Shown here piece after piece: positions 18,620-28,480 of a stretch of DNA of 64,000 nt; within the stretch, counting starts at the first letter, position 1, and every line of letters begins with the position of its first letter. The notes under the pieces are model-generated. The model worked only from the letters and a program-made list of their open reading frames with translations, ran no database searches and was not told the DNA's origin. The translations under genes were made by a program, and so were the position numbers. The stretch comes from Elusimicrobiota bacterium (GTDB taxonomy: Bacteria > Elusimicrobiota > Endomicrobiia > Endomicrobiales > JBDRNC01), in NCBI GenBank assembly GCA_043811535.1, contig JBDRNC010000039.1, positions 1 through 64,000 on the forward strand. The letters are read 5' to 3'.

Positions 18620-19834
18620 TCATTTGTCCGGCAGGGCGTCTATTCCCGGCAGGCCTTTTCCTTCGAGGAATTCAAGCGATGCGCCGCCGCCCGTGGATAT
18701 GTGCGAAATCTTTTTGTCAACGCCGGCTTTCTTGACGGCTGAAATCGAATCGCCGCCGCCGACTACCGATACCGCTCCCGCCTCAGTTGCCTGGGCGACA
18801 AGTTTAGCTATTTCAACGGTTCCTTTGGAAAACTGTTCTATTTCAAAAACGCCCAGGGGCCCGTTCCAGACTATCGTCTTGGATTCCTTGACGACGGGAG
18901 CGAAACGCTGTATGGTCATCGGCCCGATGTCCACGGCAATGAATCCTTTGGGGATATCAGCGCCTTCGGTTTCTTTAACAACCGCGCCTTCAGGAACTTT
19001 CTTGTTCTCGAAATCAATTTTGTCGGCGATAACGTGATCAAGCGGGATAAGCACGCGTATCTTTTTGTCCAGCGCTTTCTGCATAAGGTTTTTCGCGGTT
19101 TCAACTTTATCGGCTTCTAGAAGCGAGCTGCCTATTTCAATGCCTTTTGCTTTCAGGAAAGTGTATGCCATCCCGCCGCCGATTATCAGCGCGTCAACCT
19201 TATTCATGAGATTTTCAATTACTGATATCTTGTCCGAAACCTTGGCTCCTCCGAGTATCGCGAGGAACGGCCTTTTAGGATTATCCAGCGCCTCGCCGAG
19301 GTATTTAAGTTCTTTTTCAACAAGAAATCCGGCCGCGGCGACTTTCATGTTCTTGACGATGCCTGCTGTTGAGGCGTGCGCCCTGTGGACCGTACCGAAG
19401 GCGTCCTGCACGAAAACTTCGCCGAGTGACGCGAGTTCCGCCGCGAAAGCAGGATCGTTTTTTTCCTCTTCGGGATGGAAACGGAGGTTCTCAAGAAGCA
19501 GTATCTCTCCGGGTTTCAAATTCTGAGCGAGTTTCTTGACTTCCGGCCCCACGCAGTCGGGTGCCATCGTTACAGGCACGTTAAGAAGCTCTTTAAGGCG
19601 GGCTGCGGCGGGTTTAAGGCTCATTGAAGGAGTGACCTTGCCTTTCGGCCTTCCGAGATGAGACATCAATATTACGGCGCATTCCTGTTCAAGGAGATAT
19701 TTAAGCGTCGGGATGGTCGCCGCGATGCGTTTATCGTTCGTGATCTGCTGTTTATCGTCAAGAGGCACGTTGTAATCCACGCGGGCGAGAACTTTTTTCC
19801 CTTTTAAAGAGATGTCCTTGATTGTTTTTTTCAT
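18620..19834 (-). CDS. pgk: Phosphoglycerate kinase
   Basis: RVDYNVP, SHLGRP, LLENLRF, GGAKVSDK and STGGGASLE motifs. Confidence 0.98.
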   Translation of the reverse strand: MKKTIKDISLKGKKVLARVDYNVPLDDKQQITNDKRIAATIPTLKYLLEQECAVILMSHLGRPKGKVTPSMSLKPAAARLKELLNVPVTMAPDCVGPEVKKLAQNLKPGEILLLENLRFHPEEEKNDPAFAAELASLGEVFVQDAFGTVHRAHASTAGIVKNMKVAAAGFLVEKELKYLGEALDNPKRPFLAILGGAKVSDKISVIENLMNKVDALIIGGGMAYTFLKAKGIEIGSSLLEADKVETAKNLMQKALDKKIRVLIPLDHVIADKIDFENKKVPEGAVVKETEGADIPKGFIAVDIGPMTIQRFAPVVKESKTIVWNGPLGVFEIEQFSKGTVEIAKLVAQATEAGAVSVVGGGDSISAVKKAGVDKKISHISTGGGASLEFLEGKGLPGIDALPDK

Positions 19835-20778
19835 GCGACCACCGTATCCTTTCTCCTGTCTTTGATCCAGACATTTCCCTGGATGCTTTTTGCGTATTTT
19901 TTGGTTTCGGAGAGTATGTCTACCATGCGCGCGTAATGCTCAAATTCGCGCTTTTCATTAGTGACTACCGCTATTGAAATGGTCATAAGCGGGAAGGTCT
20001 GCGTCTCACCTTTGCGGTTGACGGATGTGATATGCCCTTCCGACTTGTCCTTTTCGGAATAATAACCCGGAACTGCTTCGGAGAATTTATTGATGACAAA
20101 CTCGCATATGGGTTTTGCTTTTTCAGGCGTCGTTATGAGTATCATGTCGTCGCCGCCGATGTGGGTCAGGCAGTCGTCGGTGTTGCCGTGCGTTTTTACC
20201 GCTTCGTTGATCATATCCGCCGTGGATTTGATAATGTCGTCGCCCTTGTGATAACCGTATATGTCGTTATACGCCTTAAAATTATCTAGGTCGAAGTAGC
20301 ATACGGCCACAAGCTGCTTGTTGTCCAGCCGGCTTGTAACCTCGGTCTTGAGAGTATGGTTCCCGGGAAGGCGTGTCAACGGATTAACGGAGAGCTGTTC
20401 TTCCGTGCGGCTCAGCAGGTTCTTTACCCTGATGGTAAGTTCCTGCGGCAGGTAAGGTTTGAGCAGGTAATCGTCGGCTCCCATCTCAAGACCGGAAATC
20501 TTGTCCTGAGGATGCGTGCGCGACCCCGTCAGCATTATGATAGGCACGAAGCGGAAGGATTTATCGGCCCTGAGCTGCTTGCAGAGAGTCATGCCGTCAA
20601 CCCTGGGCATATCAATGTCAAGTATTATCATGTTTGGCCTATGCGCGAGCGCTTTTTCAAGGCCGTCGACGCCGTCGAAAGCGCGGACAACTTCATAGCC
20701 TTCCCGTTTCAGAGTGAACTCGGATAATTCCCCTGCTTCGTGATCGTCTTCGACGATTAATATTCTGTTTAAAGGCAT
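19831..20778 (-). CDS. Response regulator with GGDEF domain (REC-diguanylate cyclase)
   Basis: ILIVEDD, LDIDMP..DG and GADDY..KP; NPLT.LPGN, DLDNFKAYND.YG...GD and HIGGDDM. Confidence 0.9.
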   Translation of the reverse strand: MPLNRILIVEDDHEAGELSEFTLKREGYEVVRAFDGVDGLEKALAHRPNMIILDIDMPRVDGMTLCKQLRADKSFRFVPIIMLTGSRTHPQDKISGLEMGADDYLLKPYLPQELTIRVKNLLSRTEEQLSVNPLTRLPGNHTLKTEVTSRLDNKQLVAVCYFDLDNFKAYNDIYGYHKGDDIIKSTADMINEAVKTHGNTDDCLTHIGGDDMILITTPEKAKPICEFVINKFSEAVPGYYSEKDKSEGHITSVNRKGETQTFPLMTISIAVVTNEKREFEHYARMVDILSETKKYAKSIQGNVWIKDRRKDTVVA

Positions 20779-20782
20779 TGTT

Positions 20783-21832
20783 TTATTGTTTGGAAACCAT
20801 GTATTTTATAAGGTCAACAACGCGGTTTGAATAGCCCCACTCGTTGTCGTACCATGCGAGGACTTTGCACATATTGCCTTCAAGCACCTTGGTCAATTTG
20901 GAGTCTACTATCGAGCTGAGAGCACAGTGGTTGAAGTCGATGGAGACAACAGGCTCATCGGTATATCCAAGGATCCCTTTCATCGGTCCTTCAGCCGCCT
21001 CTTTCAGGGCCGCGTTGATATCTTCGGCTTTCGCGGGCTTGGACAGCATTGCGGTAAGGTCCACAATGGAAACGTTGGGGGTGGGTACTCTTATCGCGAA
21101 GCCGTCAAGTTTTCCTTTGAGCGCCGGGACTACCAGCCCGATTGCTTTTGCCGCGCCGGTTGAAGTAGGTATCATGGATACGGCTGCCGCACGGGCTCTG
21201 CGCAGGTCTGAATGTGCCATATCATGGACCTTCTGGTCGTTAGTGTAGGAGTGTATAGTGGTCATCAGGCCCTTTTCTATTACCCACTTGTCGTTGATGA
21301 CCTTGGCGAACGGGGCAAGGCAGTTAGTCGTGCAGGACGCGTTGGAGACCACATGGTGATTCTTCGGGTCATATTTGTCTTCGTTGACGCCGAGGACGAT
21401 AGTAATGTCTTCGCCTTCAGCCGGCGCGGAGATTATGACTTTTTTCGCTCCGCCTTTTGTTATGTGGTTTTCAGCTCCCTTTACTTCCTTCCCTTTCTTA
21501 TTAACGCCGTCTTTTTTTACGGTGAAAAGCCCGGTCGATTCAACTACGTATTCGACTCCGAGGTCTTTCCACGGGAGTTCAGCCGGGTCTTTCTTCTTCA
21601 GAACCTTTATCTTTTTTCCGTTTACCGATATTTCTTCTTCGCCTATCGCTTTTACTTCGCCCGCGAGCTGGCCGTGCACCGAATCATATTTGAACAGATA
21701 CGCGTTTGACTTCGCGTCTGTCAGGTCGTTGATAGCTACAAGTTCGAGGTTTTTGTCGTTCATTTCAATTATCGCTCTTGCCACCAGGCGTCCTATCCTG
21801 CCGAAACCGTTAATGCCGATCTTTACTGCCAT
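20783..21832 (-). CDS. gap: Type I glyceraldehyde-3-phosphate dehydrogenase
   Basis: [18 protein letters not shown] and WYDNEWGYS motifs. Confidence 0.98.
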   Translation of the reverse strand: MAVKIGINGFGRIGRLVARAIIEMNDKNLELVAINDLTDAKSNAYLFKYDSVHGQLAGEVKAIGEEEISVNGKKIKVLKKKDPAELPWKDLGVEYVVESTGLFTVKKDGVNKKGKEVKGAENHITKGGAKKVIISAPAEGEDITIVLGVNEDKYDPKNHHVVSNASCTTNCLAPFAKVINDKWVIEKGLMTTIHSYTNDQKVHDMAHSDLRRARAAAVSMIPTSTGAAKAIGLVVPALKGKLDGFAIRVPTPNVSIVDLTAMLSKPAKAEDINAALKEAAEGPMKGILGYTDEPVVSIDFNHCALSSIVDSKLTKVLEGNMCKVLAWYDNEWGYSNRVVDLIKYMVSKQ

Positions 21833-21899
21833 TTTGAAGCCTCCTTGTTTTTATGATTATTATTGGTTAAACCGGTTGGTTTCTTCCAATTAGATTGAG

Positions 21900-21928
21900 A
21901 TTATAACATTTAGAGGATTTTAAGTCAA
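21900..21928 (-). promoter_or_regulatory. Strong sigma70-type promoter of the gap operon
   Basis: TTGACT-N17-TATAAT with extended -10 TG. Confidence 0.75.
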
Positions 21929-21939
21929 GGAATGCAAGG

Positions 21940-22034
21940 ATAGTGAATAGCGAACAGGGAATAGGCAGATCTTGCGTTTTTCAATTCTCTACTCCCTATT
22001 CTCTAATCCCTATTCACTACTCACTATTCTCTGG
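21940..22034. repeat. Inverted pair of 7-bp tandem arrays
   Basis: atagtga/atagcga/acaggga/ataggca then tctctac/tccctat/tctctaa/tccctat/tcactac/tcactat/tctctgg. Confidence 0.8.
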
Positions 22035-22036
22035 TC

Positions 22037-22753
22037 TCATACGTCCCTTGCCACTGTCAGGGCGTATACCTTTTTCGCCCCCTTCTTTTTTAGCGCGGCG
22101 GCGCATTGTTCTATTGTTGTGGAAGTCGTGCAGATATCGTCAATTATCAGGATTGTCGAGCCTTTGACTCCGGCGCCGCGCTTTACTTTAAAACAGTTGC
22201 TGAGATTCTTGATCCGTTCGTCACGTTTTAGGCTAAACTGCGGCTTCGTGAATTTCACTCTTTTCAGCCATCTTTCCTCAACGGGTTTTCCCATGTACCC
22301 GGCAGCAGTTTTTGCCAGAAGTTCCGATTGGTTGTATCCCCTGAGCAGTTTTTTCGCCCAGTGCAATGGCACAGGTATGATAAAATCAACTCCGGCAAGC
22401 CCGGGATATTTCTCAAGCTCCAATATGAGCAGCCTGCCCAGAAACCTGTTTAGAAAATACCTGCCGTGGAACTTAAACTTTAGGAGCAGTTCTTTCGCCA
22501 GGCCGGTGTATTCAACGGAAGACCTTATGAATTCAAAATGGCGCCGCGTATTCTTCCTGCACCGCCAGCAGTGAGCGCCGCCGTCAGGCAGGGGTATTCC
22601 GCATTTTTTGCATATCAGGCCTTCAATGAACTTGATTTTTTGCAGGCATGAACCGCATACTCTGTAGATATCGCCGGCGGGAAGATCCGCGCCGCAGCCG
22701 CAGCACGTGACCGGAAAAATAAAATGAACTAACCTTGACAATAACGGATGCAA
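22037..22753 (-). CDS. comF: ComF family protein (double zinc ribbon + PRTase)
   Basis: CxxC pairs, IPVPLH...RGYNQ and IIDDICTT motifs. Confidence 0.92.
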   Translation of the reverse strand: MHPLLSRLVHFIFPVTCCGCGADLPAGDIYRVCGSCLQKIKFIEGLICKKCGIPLPDGGAHCWRCRKNTRRHFEFIRSSVEYTGLAKELLLKFKFHGRYFLNRFLGRLLILELEKYPGLAGVDFIIPVPLHWAKKLLRGYNQSELLAKTAAGYMGKPVEERWLKRVKFTKPQFSLKRDERIKNLSNCFKVKRGAGVKGSTILIIDDICTTSTTIEQCAAALKKKGAKKVYALTVARDV

Positions 22754-22794
22754 TTTTCCCCCAAACTAATTGCCAATTACTAATTGCTGCCTGA

Positions 22795-25700
22795 CTAGAA
22801 TTGTATTGTCAGCCGGCCGGAGGCCTCGATGGTGCTGTAATTCTCATCGGGCTTTTCGCGGTTCTCGATCCTGCTGTAGCCGAGGCCGAATGTCGATCTG
22901 AAATTTTGGGAGATCTCGTAATCAACGCTTGAGTTTATCCCGTACGTGTTGGTTCTGTCTTTTTCAACGTTGAGGCTTGAATCTTTTGTGGAATAAGAAA
23001 GGTTCGTGGTGAAAATCAGCCGGTTCGTGAGCGGCAGCGTTTTTTTCGTGAACGGTATGGGAACGCCGCCCGGGAATGATACGTCGGTATATAGCTGGCT
23101 GGTATAGGTCTGGGTTAAAAGATCCGTCTTGGGTTTCTTCGTTCCGTCAAACGCCTTGCTGCTCGAGTTTTCATAGCGCAAGGTCAGCCGCCATTTTCCG
23201 AGGTAGAATCCGGTCTGCCCGTTCCATGATATGGTGTAGGATTCATTGGTCCTGACATCCTTGACGATATCCCAGTCCTCGGTTTCGCCGGTGCTCAAGC
23301 CCATGCTCATGTCCATCCGCTTGAGCAGGTAAAACCTCAGGTCACTGCCGTAGTTCTTGGTGCGGCTCCATGAAAATTTCCGTGTCTCCGAAAATTTCTT
23401 TTGATGCGAGACGTTAAGCTGGGTATTGGACAGCCAGCGTTCCAGAAAGACGAATTTCTCCCACTGCGCCAGGCCGAATATAAGGTCGGGCCAAACCTCC
23501 GTGAAAGTGTCTTTTTCCGTGCCGGTTATTTCCGTGTGTTCCTGTGAGTTAGTGAACGTGCCGTTCACGGACAGCGTCCTGAGCGGCGAAATCCTTCCCT
23601 GGAAGTCAAAGGCCTCGAAGGGATTGTACCTACCCGCAAGCCTCTTATCATCCCTTTTCATCAGGGACCTGTATTGGAAGGTTGTCGTGCCGTCCGACAG
23701 AGGATTATCGCGGATCTTCAGGCGTTTCATCCAGTCATTGTCCATATCGACGACAGGATAGGTGCCGTATATGTTCGCGTATGAATCGCTGTCCTGCATG
23801 CGGTAGGACGACGAGAATCCCAGAGACTGCGTGTATTTGAAATTGATGAAATCCTTGACCTGGAAATTCCATGCCACTTCGCCGCTGCCGCTCCTGTCAA
23901 CGGTTTTTGTTTTGGACGGCCATTTCTGCGGAACGGTCATCGTGTTGTAAACCGTGTCGTAATTCTCGGCCAGGGACACGTTGTACGAAAAATTTGGCTG
24001 CATCCACGGGAATATCCTGAGATTTGAAGATGCGGCGACGTTCTGGCTGGCGGATATCGGGTAATTGTACATGATGTCGCGGTTGTCTTCCCTGGATTTG
24101 CTCAGCGAATAACTCGGCGAGAAACTGAATCCGTTCCAGAATTGGAAAGGAGCGCGCAGCCCCTGCGTTTCGGTGATGCGGTCCGTGTGGAAAGCTGTGA
24201 ATTTCTTGTACTCGTTAAAGGTATCAACGTCAATGAAGCTGATGCTTTCATAATCATCCGGGATCACTATCTTGGTGGACGGATATACGCGGAAAAACGA
24301 GTTTGAGACGCTGTAGTTCGCCGACAGGCTTGTCGGGAGAAGATTGAATTTAATAGGCAATGGCCAGTCCGCCGAGGCGGACCAGGACTGATTGTCTTCA
24401 AGCCGGTTAATCAGCTGCGTGTCGCTTATGCTTCTTGAGAACGAGGCGCCGAACCTCGGAAAATACCTGCTGAAATTCGGCGAGGCGCCGAAAAGATTTT
24501 TCGATGACCAGGAAAAAAAGTCGCCCGGGTTGAGGCTGGAACCGATAGATTCGCTGTAGGAAATCACCTGGCCTTCTTCGTTTACGGAGATAAGTTCGTT
24601 CTGATTCTGCATGACGGAAGGGGTCTTTGTTTTTGAGGTTGAGATGGAATAATTTAACGGCAGGAAGGGTATCCTGCTGAAGTTGACGTAAGCGGAATCG
24701 TCGAGCGAATCCCTGTTGTAAACGCCGGCGGAGAACGTTTCAAAATCCCTGTTCATGAATTTTCGTTTCCCGCCGAAGGTCGCCCAGCTCGTAAGATTCA
24801 TGTCGGTATTCAGTCTCCACGCGTATCCCTTCTTTATCCATGAGCCGTTCGCGTGTATTTCATTGACCCAGATCTCGCCGGAATTGCCCGGCGGCGCTAT
24901 AATCCCGATCTTTATCTGGCTGATATTTTGGAAGGACGGATTGCCTACGACCCTTGTTTTTGACATGGGTATCATATAGTGGGACATCGTGCCTGCGGGG
25001 TCAAACGCCCACACATCCGGTTTGTTGTCGCCGGTCAGGTCAACCTGGTAAATAGTAAGCAAATACCATCCATTGGAATGAACGGCGTCCAGAAAACCAA
25101 GTTTTTCCTTGTCAAGAGGAACCTGATATTCAAAGAAATTGCTGTCATTCCCGATCTGGATGAAGAGAATGTCGTCGTTGTTAACGTTGACGGGATTGAC
25201 GAAAAACCTGAATTCCCTGTAATTTGAGAAATCGTATGACCTTGTGTAAAGGATTCTTGTGGCAAGCGTGGCCGAAGACGCGTTAGTATTGGAGTATTTC
25301 AGCGACATGGCCTGCTCTTTCTTGACGGAGCTCTCTTCGGTTGTCAGATCGTACAGGTTCTGGTATTCGGAATTGTAAAAAATCAGGTTTTCAGTCCTTC
25401 CATAGTCCGCGTTTTCGTCGGTGTTTATCGCCGAGATCGTCATGGTGCTTCCCGAAACGGACGTTCCCGAAGCTTCCCACTTGTAATTCACGAGCGATAT
25501 GCTTGCGATTTTTATGTTGCCTTTCTGCCTGTTAATTCCTTTGATGGTCATGCGCAGTTGTTTGATGTTCTGCCAGTCAAGCGAATTTGCCGGCAGGTTC
25601 AGCGGGATATGGAATCGTTTCCATCCCGACCACGTGACGGATTGATATTCGTTGCCGTCCACATCAAAGATGCTTTTTCCGGCGGCCCCCCAGGCTCCGA

Positions 25701-28209
25701 AAGGAGCCGGGCTGGCGCTAGCGTCGACGGTTCTCATGCTGCCGTTTTTATCCAGGTCCTCGGTGTCTATCTTGCCGTTCTTGACGCCCCACGGCGTGAT
25801 TGAGCCGTCCTTGTTATTAAACACAACGCCGACGTCTTCCCCCTGATTCAGCGTTCCGTCGTTGTTCTTGTCTTCCGTGTCCAGGATACCGTCGTTGTCG
25901 GCATCCTCGTTGAATGCCCCGTAGTCTAATATGAAATATTCGTTATTTGCGTCGCCGAACAGCCACATTTCAAGAAAGACCTTTTTTGTGTAATCAACCC
26001 CGACGCTTGAAAGGTTCTGCACTAAGCTGACCTCGGTCTCGGTTGAACTGGAAAGGTCATAGGTTACGCTCAATACCTGAAGCTTTTCATCCCTTTTAGG
26101 GTCAAGGTTAGGTATCATATCCCTGCGGCTTATCTCTTCGTTAATCCAAACAATATTGGGGAGATTGTACCCCGGAAAAGCCGGGTTTGCGGCCGGCTGC
26201 CAGCTTTCAAAATTTACGGAAGACGAATCTTCCTGCTGAAGCCCTTCCATTGAGTCAATAAGAGCCTTTCCCATAATGTTAGGGTTGCGTTCGCTTGTGG
26301 CGTATTCGCCGCTCAGCGACATGGTCAGCGGCAGGACAGGTATCTTGATGTTTTGCAGTTTTGAGTCCACCTCCCAAACCTTGAGGCTTGTAGGGGTCGT
26401 GCGGATATCGGGAATGGTCTGCGTCCGGGCCGCGAAGTCGTAGATGAAACTTGAACCGACAAAAAGGTTTTTGGTAAGGGTGGCTTCGACCCTCGTGCCT
26501 ATCAGCGTGGAACCGCCGGTCGAACCGAAAGGCGCGTAATCATAAGAGACGTCGATTATAGTGCTTTCATTTATTTTTTCTTCGTTAAAGAAAGTAACGA
26601 TGCCGGCGTCGTAGTCTATGAAGTAATCTATGTCCCTCTGCAGCTGCCTGCCGTCCAAAGTGACGCGTTCCGATTGCGGGACTATACCCGCGCGCAGTGT
26701 TATGAATTTAATGCGGTATTTGTATTCAGCGAGAATGTTGTACCTGTGCAGATTTGATGAATAAAGGTCGTCCGGGAACGGTTTGCCGTCAGGCGGCTCA
26801 AAATTAAATATGCCGTTGTCAAAATCGACCGTGATGTTGGAAGGATAGGTGGGGGTGGTCTTACTGCCGGGTTCAAGGAGCGTCACGTCGTTGTTGTTTA
26901 AGTCTATGACCTTAAGTATGAAATTCCCGCGCCCGTTGTCCCTGATTATCTTTAGGTTTCCGAGGCTGTAGTAGGTTTTAAGCTCTTTGGTGATATTCGG
27001 TGTGTTGCTTTCATTTTTGATGACTTTCCACTTGCCCGGGAACAGCAGTGTCTGGTTCAGAGGCGTCCCGTCGCTTTTTTTGTAATCAACGGCTATCACG
27101 TGGTTGGCTTCGGGCTTGGTCCTGAAGATGACTATCCCGCGCTCGTAGTCCACGGTATAATCCTGCCCGGGAACAAGCATGTCGAAATCGCCCGTATATG
27201 TTGTGGCCGAGTTTGTCAGGGAATTATACACTTCCACGGTCACATTTGCCGTTGAGGTGTAATTCGTCGAAATCCGGTCATCGCGGTAGATTTGAACGCT
27301 TCCGCCTTCAATAACGTCGGCCGCGTTGAATTTCAGGTCATAGTATTTCATCGAGATATACTGCGTGTCGAGTATGGTTTTGCGCTCGAATTTCGTGTTC
27401 CCGGTGAACCTCTTGACCTCGGAGAGGCCTTTTGTCCGCGAGAAGAAGCCCCATACTCTTGTGTTTTTTGAGGGTTTCGCGTCCACCTTGATGCCGAAGA
27501 GCTGCTTGGAATATCCGACGAATTCCGTTGACGGGAGCGTCATGTTGATATCGCCGAAAGCGGCTTCCTGTATGACCTCGTCGGGATCGCCCTTGTAGAT
27601 TACGGAGATGTCGCGTTTGTCGGCGGTCGTATCGTCAAAATCGACGTTTACCGTTATCTTTCTGCCGACGCGTCCCTTTATCCTTACCTGCAGTTCCTGC
27701 TGCATGTCAAAAGAACCCGAATTCTTGCGTTTGTTAGTTTCTTCAACGTCATACAGCGTCTGCTTGTAGGATATCCCTATCATTTTCCTTCCGGAAATCG
27801 ACAACTGGGATTCGTACGGCAGGTCGACCGCGAGCCCCGGAGGCAGCGCCGGCGGGGCGGGGCGGGTGCTGATACCCACTCCTTCGCCGTAGACACTCTC
27901 TTCAGTTTTTTCTCTTGTCTTGCGCCAGCGCTCGCCGGAATACTTCAGGACTTTTTTATCATCGAGGAACTGCAGAAATTCTTCGCCGGCGATTTCCGGT
28001 GATTTCGGAGGTTGTACGGGAATTGTCTGGAGCTTTCCGGGCTGCGGCGCGGATGTCGAGAATAGAGTGGAAAAATAGTTATCGCGGTTTTCGCCGAGGA
28101 TTGACAGGCGTTTCTTTTTAGCAGAAGAAAAAAACTGCTCCGCCGAGGCGAACGCGCTTACCCAGACTAACAGGAATAAGGCCGTTAGAATGAAGAATAT
28201 TTGTTTCAT
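22795..28209 (-). CDS. sprA: SprA-like giant outer-membrane beta-barrel (T9SS translocon homologue)
   Basis: Signal peptide; FDMQQELQV.IKG.VG.KI.VNVDFD, G.INM.LP..EF, LFG.K, DY.VDY..G (twice), IDSMEG, DTED repeats, EIWVNE; alternating beta-strand C-terminal half ending in Phe. Confidence 0.8.
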   Translation of the reverse strand: MKQIFFILTALFLLVWVSAFASAEQFFSSAKKKRLSILGENRDNYFSTLFSTSAPQPGKLQTIPVQPPKSPEIAGEEFLQFLDDKKVLKYSGERWRKTREKTEESVYGEGVGISTRPAPPALPPGLAVDLPYESQLSISGRKMIGISYKQTLYDVEETNKRKNSGSFDMQQELQVRIKGRVGRKITVNVDFDDTTADKRDISVIYKGDPDEVIQEAAFGDINMTLPSTEFVGYSKQLFGIKVDAKPSKNTRVWGFFSRTKGLSEVKRFTGNTKFERKTILDTQYISMKYYDLKFNAADVIEGGSVQIYRDDRISTNYTSTANVTVEVYNSLTNSATTYTGDFDMLVPGQDYTVDYERGIVIFRTKPEANHVIAVDYKKSDGTPLNQTLLFPGKWKVIKNESNTPNITKELKTYYSLGNLKIIRDNGRGNFILKVIDLNNNDVTLLEPGSKTTPTYPSNITVDFDNGIFNFEPPDGKPFPDDLYSSNLHRYNILAEYKYRIKFITLRAGIVPQSERVTLDGRQLQRDIDYFIDYDAGIVTFFNEEKINESTIIDVSYDYAPFGSTGGSTLIGTRVEATLTKNLFVGSSFIYDFAARTQTIPDIRTTPTSLKVWEVDSKLQNIKIPVLPLTMSLSGEYATSERNPNIMGKALIDSMEGLQQEDSSSVNFESWQPAANPAFPGYNLPNIVWINEEISRRDMIPNLDPKRDEKLQVLSVTYDLSSSTETEVSLVQNLSSVGVDYTKKVFLEMWLFGDANNEYFILDYGAFNEDADNDGILDTEDKNNDGTLNQGEDVGVVFNNKDGSITPWGVKNGKIDTEDLDKNGSMRTVDASASPAPFGAWGAAGKSIFDVDGNEYQSVTWSGWKRFHIPLNLPANSLDWQNIKQLRMTIKGINRQKGNIKIASISLVNYKWEASGTSVSGSTMTISAINTDENADYGRTENLIFYNSEYQNLYDLTTEESSVKKEQAMSLKYSNTNASSATLATRILYTRSYDFSNYREFRFFVNPVNVNNDDILFIQIGNDSNFFEYQVPLDKEKLGFLDAVHSNGWYLLTIYQVDLTGDNKPDVWAFDPAGTMSHYMIPMSKTRVVGNPSFQNISQIKIGIIAPPGNSGEIWVNEIHANGSWIKKGYAWRLNTDMNLTSWATFGGKRKFMNRDFETFSAGVYNRDSLDDSAYVNFSRIPFLPLNYSISTSKTKTPSVMQNQNELISVNEEGQVISYSESIGSSLNPGDFFSWSSKNLFGASPNFSRYFPRFGASFSRSISDTQLINRLEDNQSWSASADWPLPIKFNLLPTSLSANYSVSNSFFRVYPSTKIVIPDDYESISFIDVDTFNEYKKFTAFHTDRITETQGLRAPFQFWNGFSFSPSYSLSKSREDNRDIMYNYPISASQNVAASSNLRIFPWMQPNFSYNVSLAENYDTVYNTMTVPQKWPSKTKTVDRSGSGEVAWNFQVKDFINFKYTQSLGFSSSYRMQDSDSYANIYGTYPVVDMDNDWMKRLKIRDNPLSDGTTTFQYRSLMKRDDKRLAGRYNPFEAFDFQGRISPLRTLSVNGTFTNSQEHTEITGTEKDTFTEVWPDLIFGLAQWEKFVFLERWLSNTQLNVSHQKKFSETRKFSWSRTKNYGSDLRFYLLKRMDMSMGLSTGETEDWDIVKDVRTNESYTISWNGQTGFYLGKWRLTLRYENSSSKAFDGTKKPKTDLLTQTYTSQLYTDVSFPGGVPIPFTKKTLPLTNRLIFTTNLSYSTKDSSLNVEKDRTNTYGINSSVDYEISQNFRSTFGLGYSRIENREKPDENYSTIEASGRLTIQF

Positions 28210-28273
28210 CTGGTTTTTGTGAAAATCAAACTTTTACGTGATATTATAACTAATTTTGTGACTTTATGCCAAT

Positions 28274-28421
28274 TTGAGTTGATTGAAAAACCTTTTTTCA
28301 CAGCGAAATTACGAAACAAGGAAGCCGGGGCGAGTCCGCCGCGGCGGATAAGACGAGGCTGACGCTGTTGCAGCCGAACTATTGAAATTGCAGTCGGAAA
28401 GGGGTTTTTCAACCAGCTCAA
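28274..28421. mobile_element. 148-bp MITE-like element with 19-bp imperfect terminal inverted repeats
   Basis: ttgagttgattgaaaaacc ... ggtttttcaaccagctcaa (17/19 match); internal palindromes; no credible ORF. Confidence 0.6.
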
Positions 28422-28480
28422 TATATTGTATAATATACTCAGGAAAACCGTAAAATCGGCAGGATCGGAAATATTAACAA

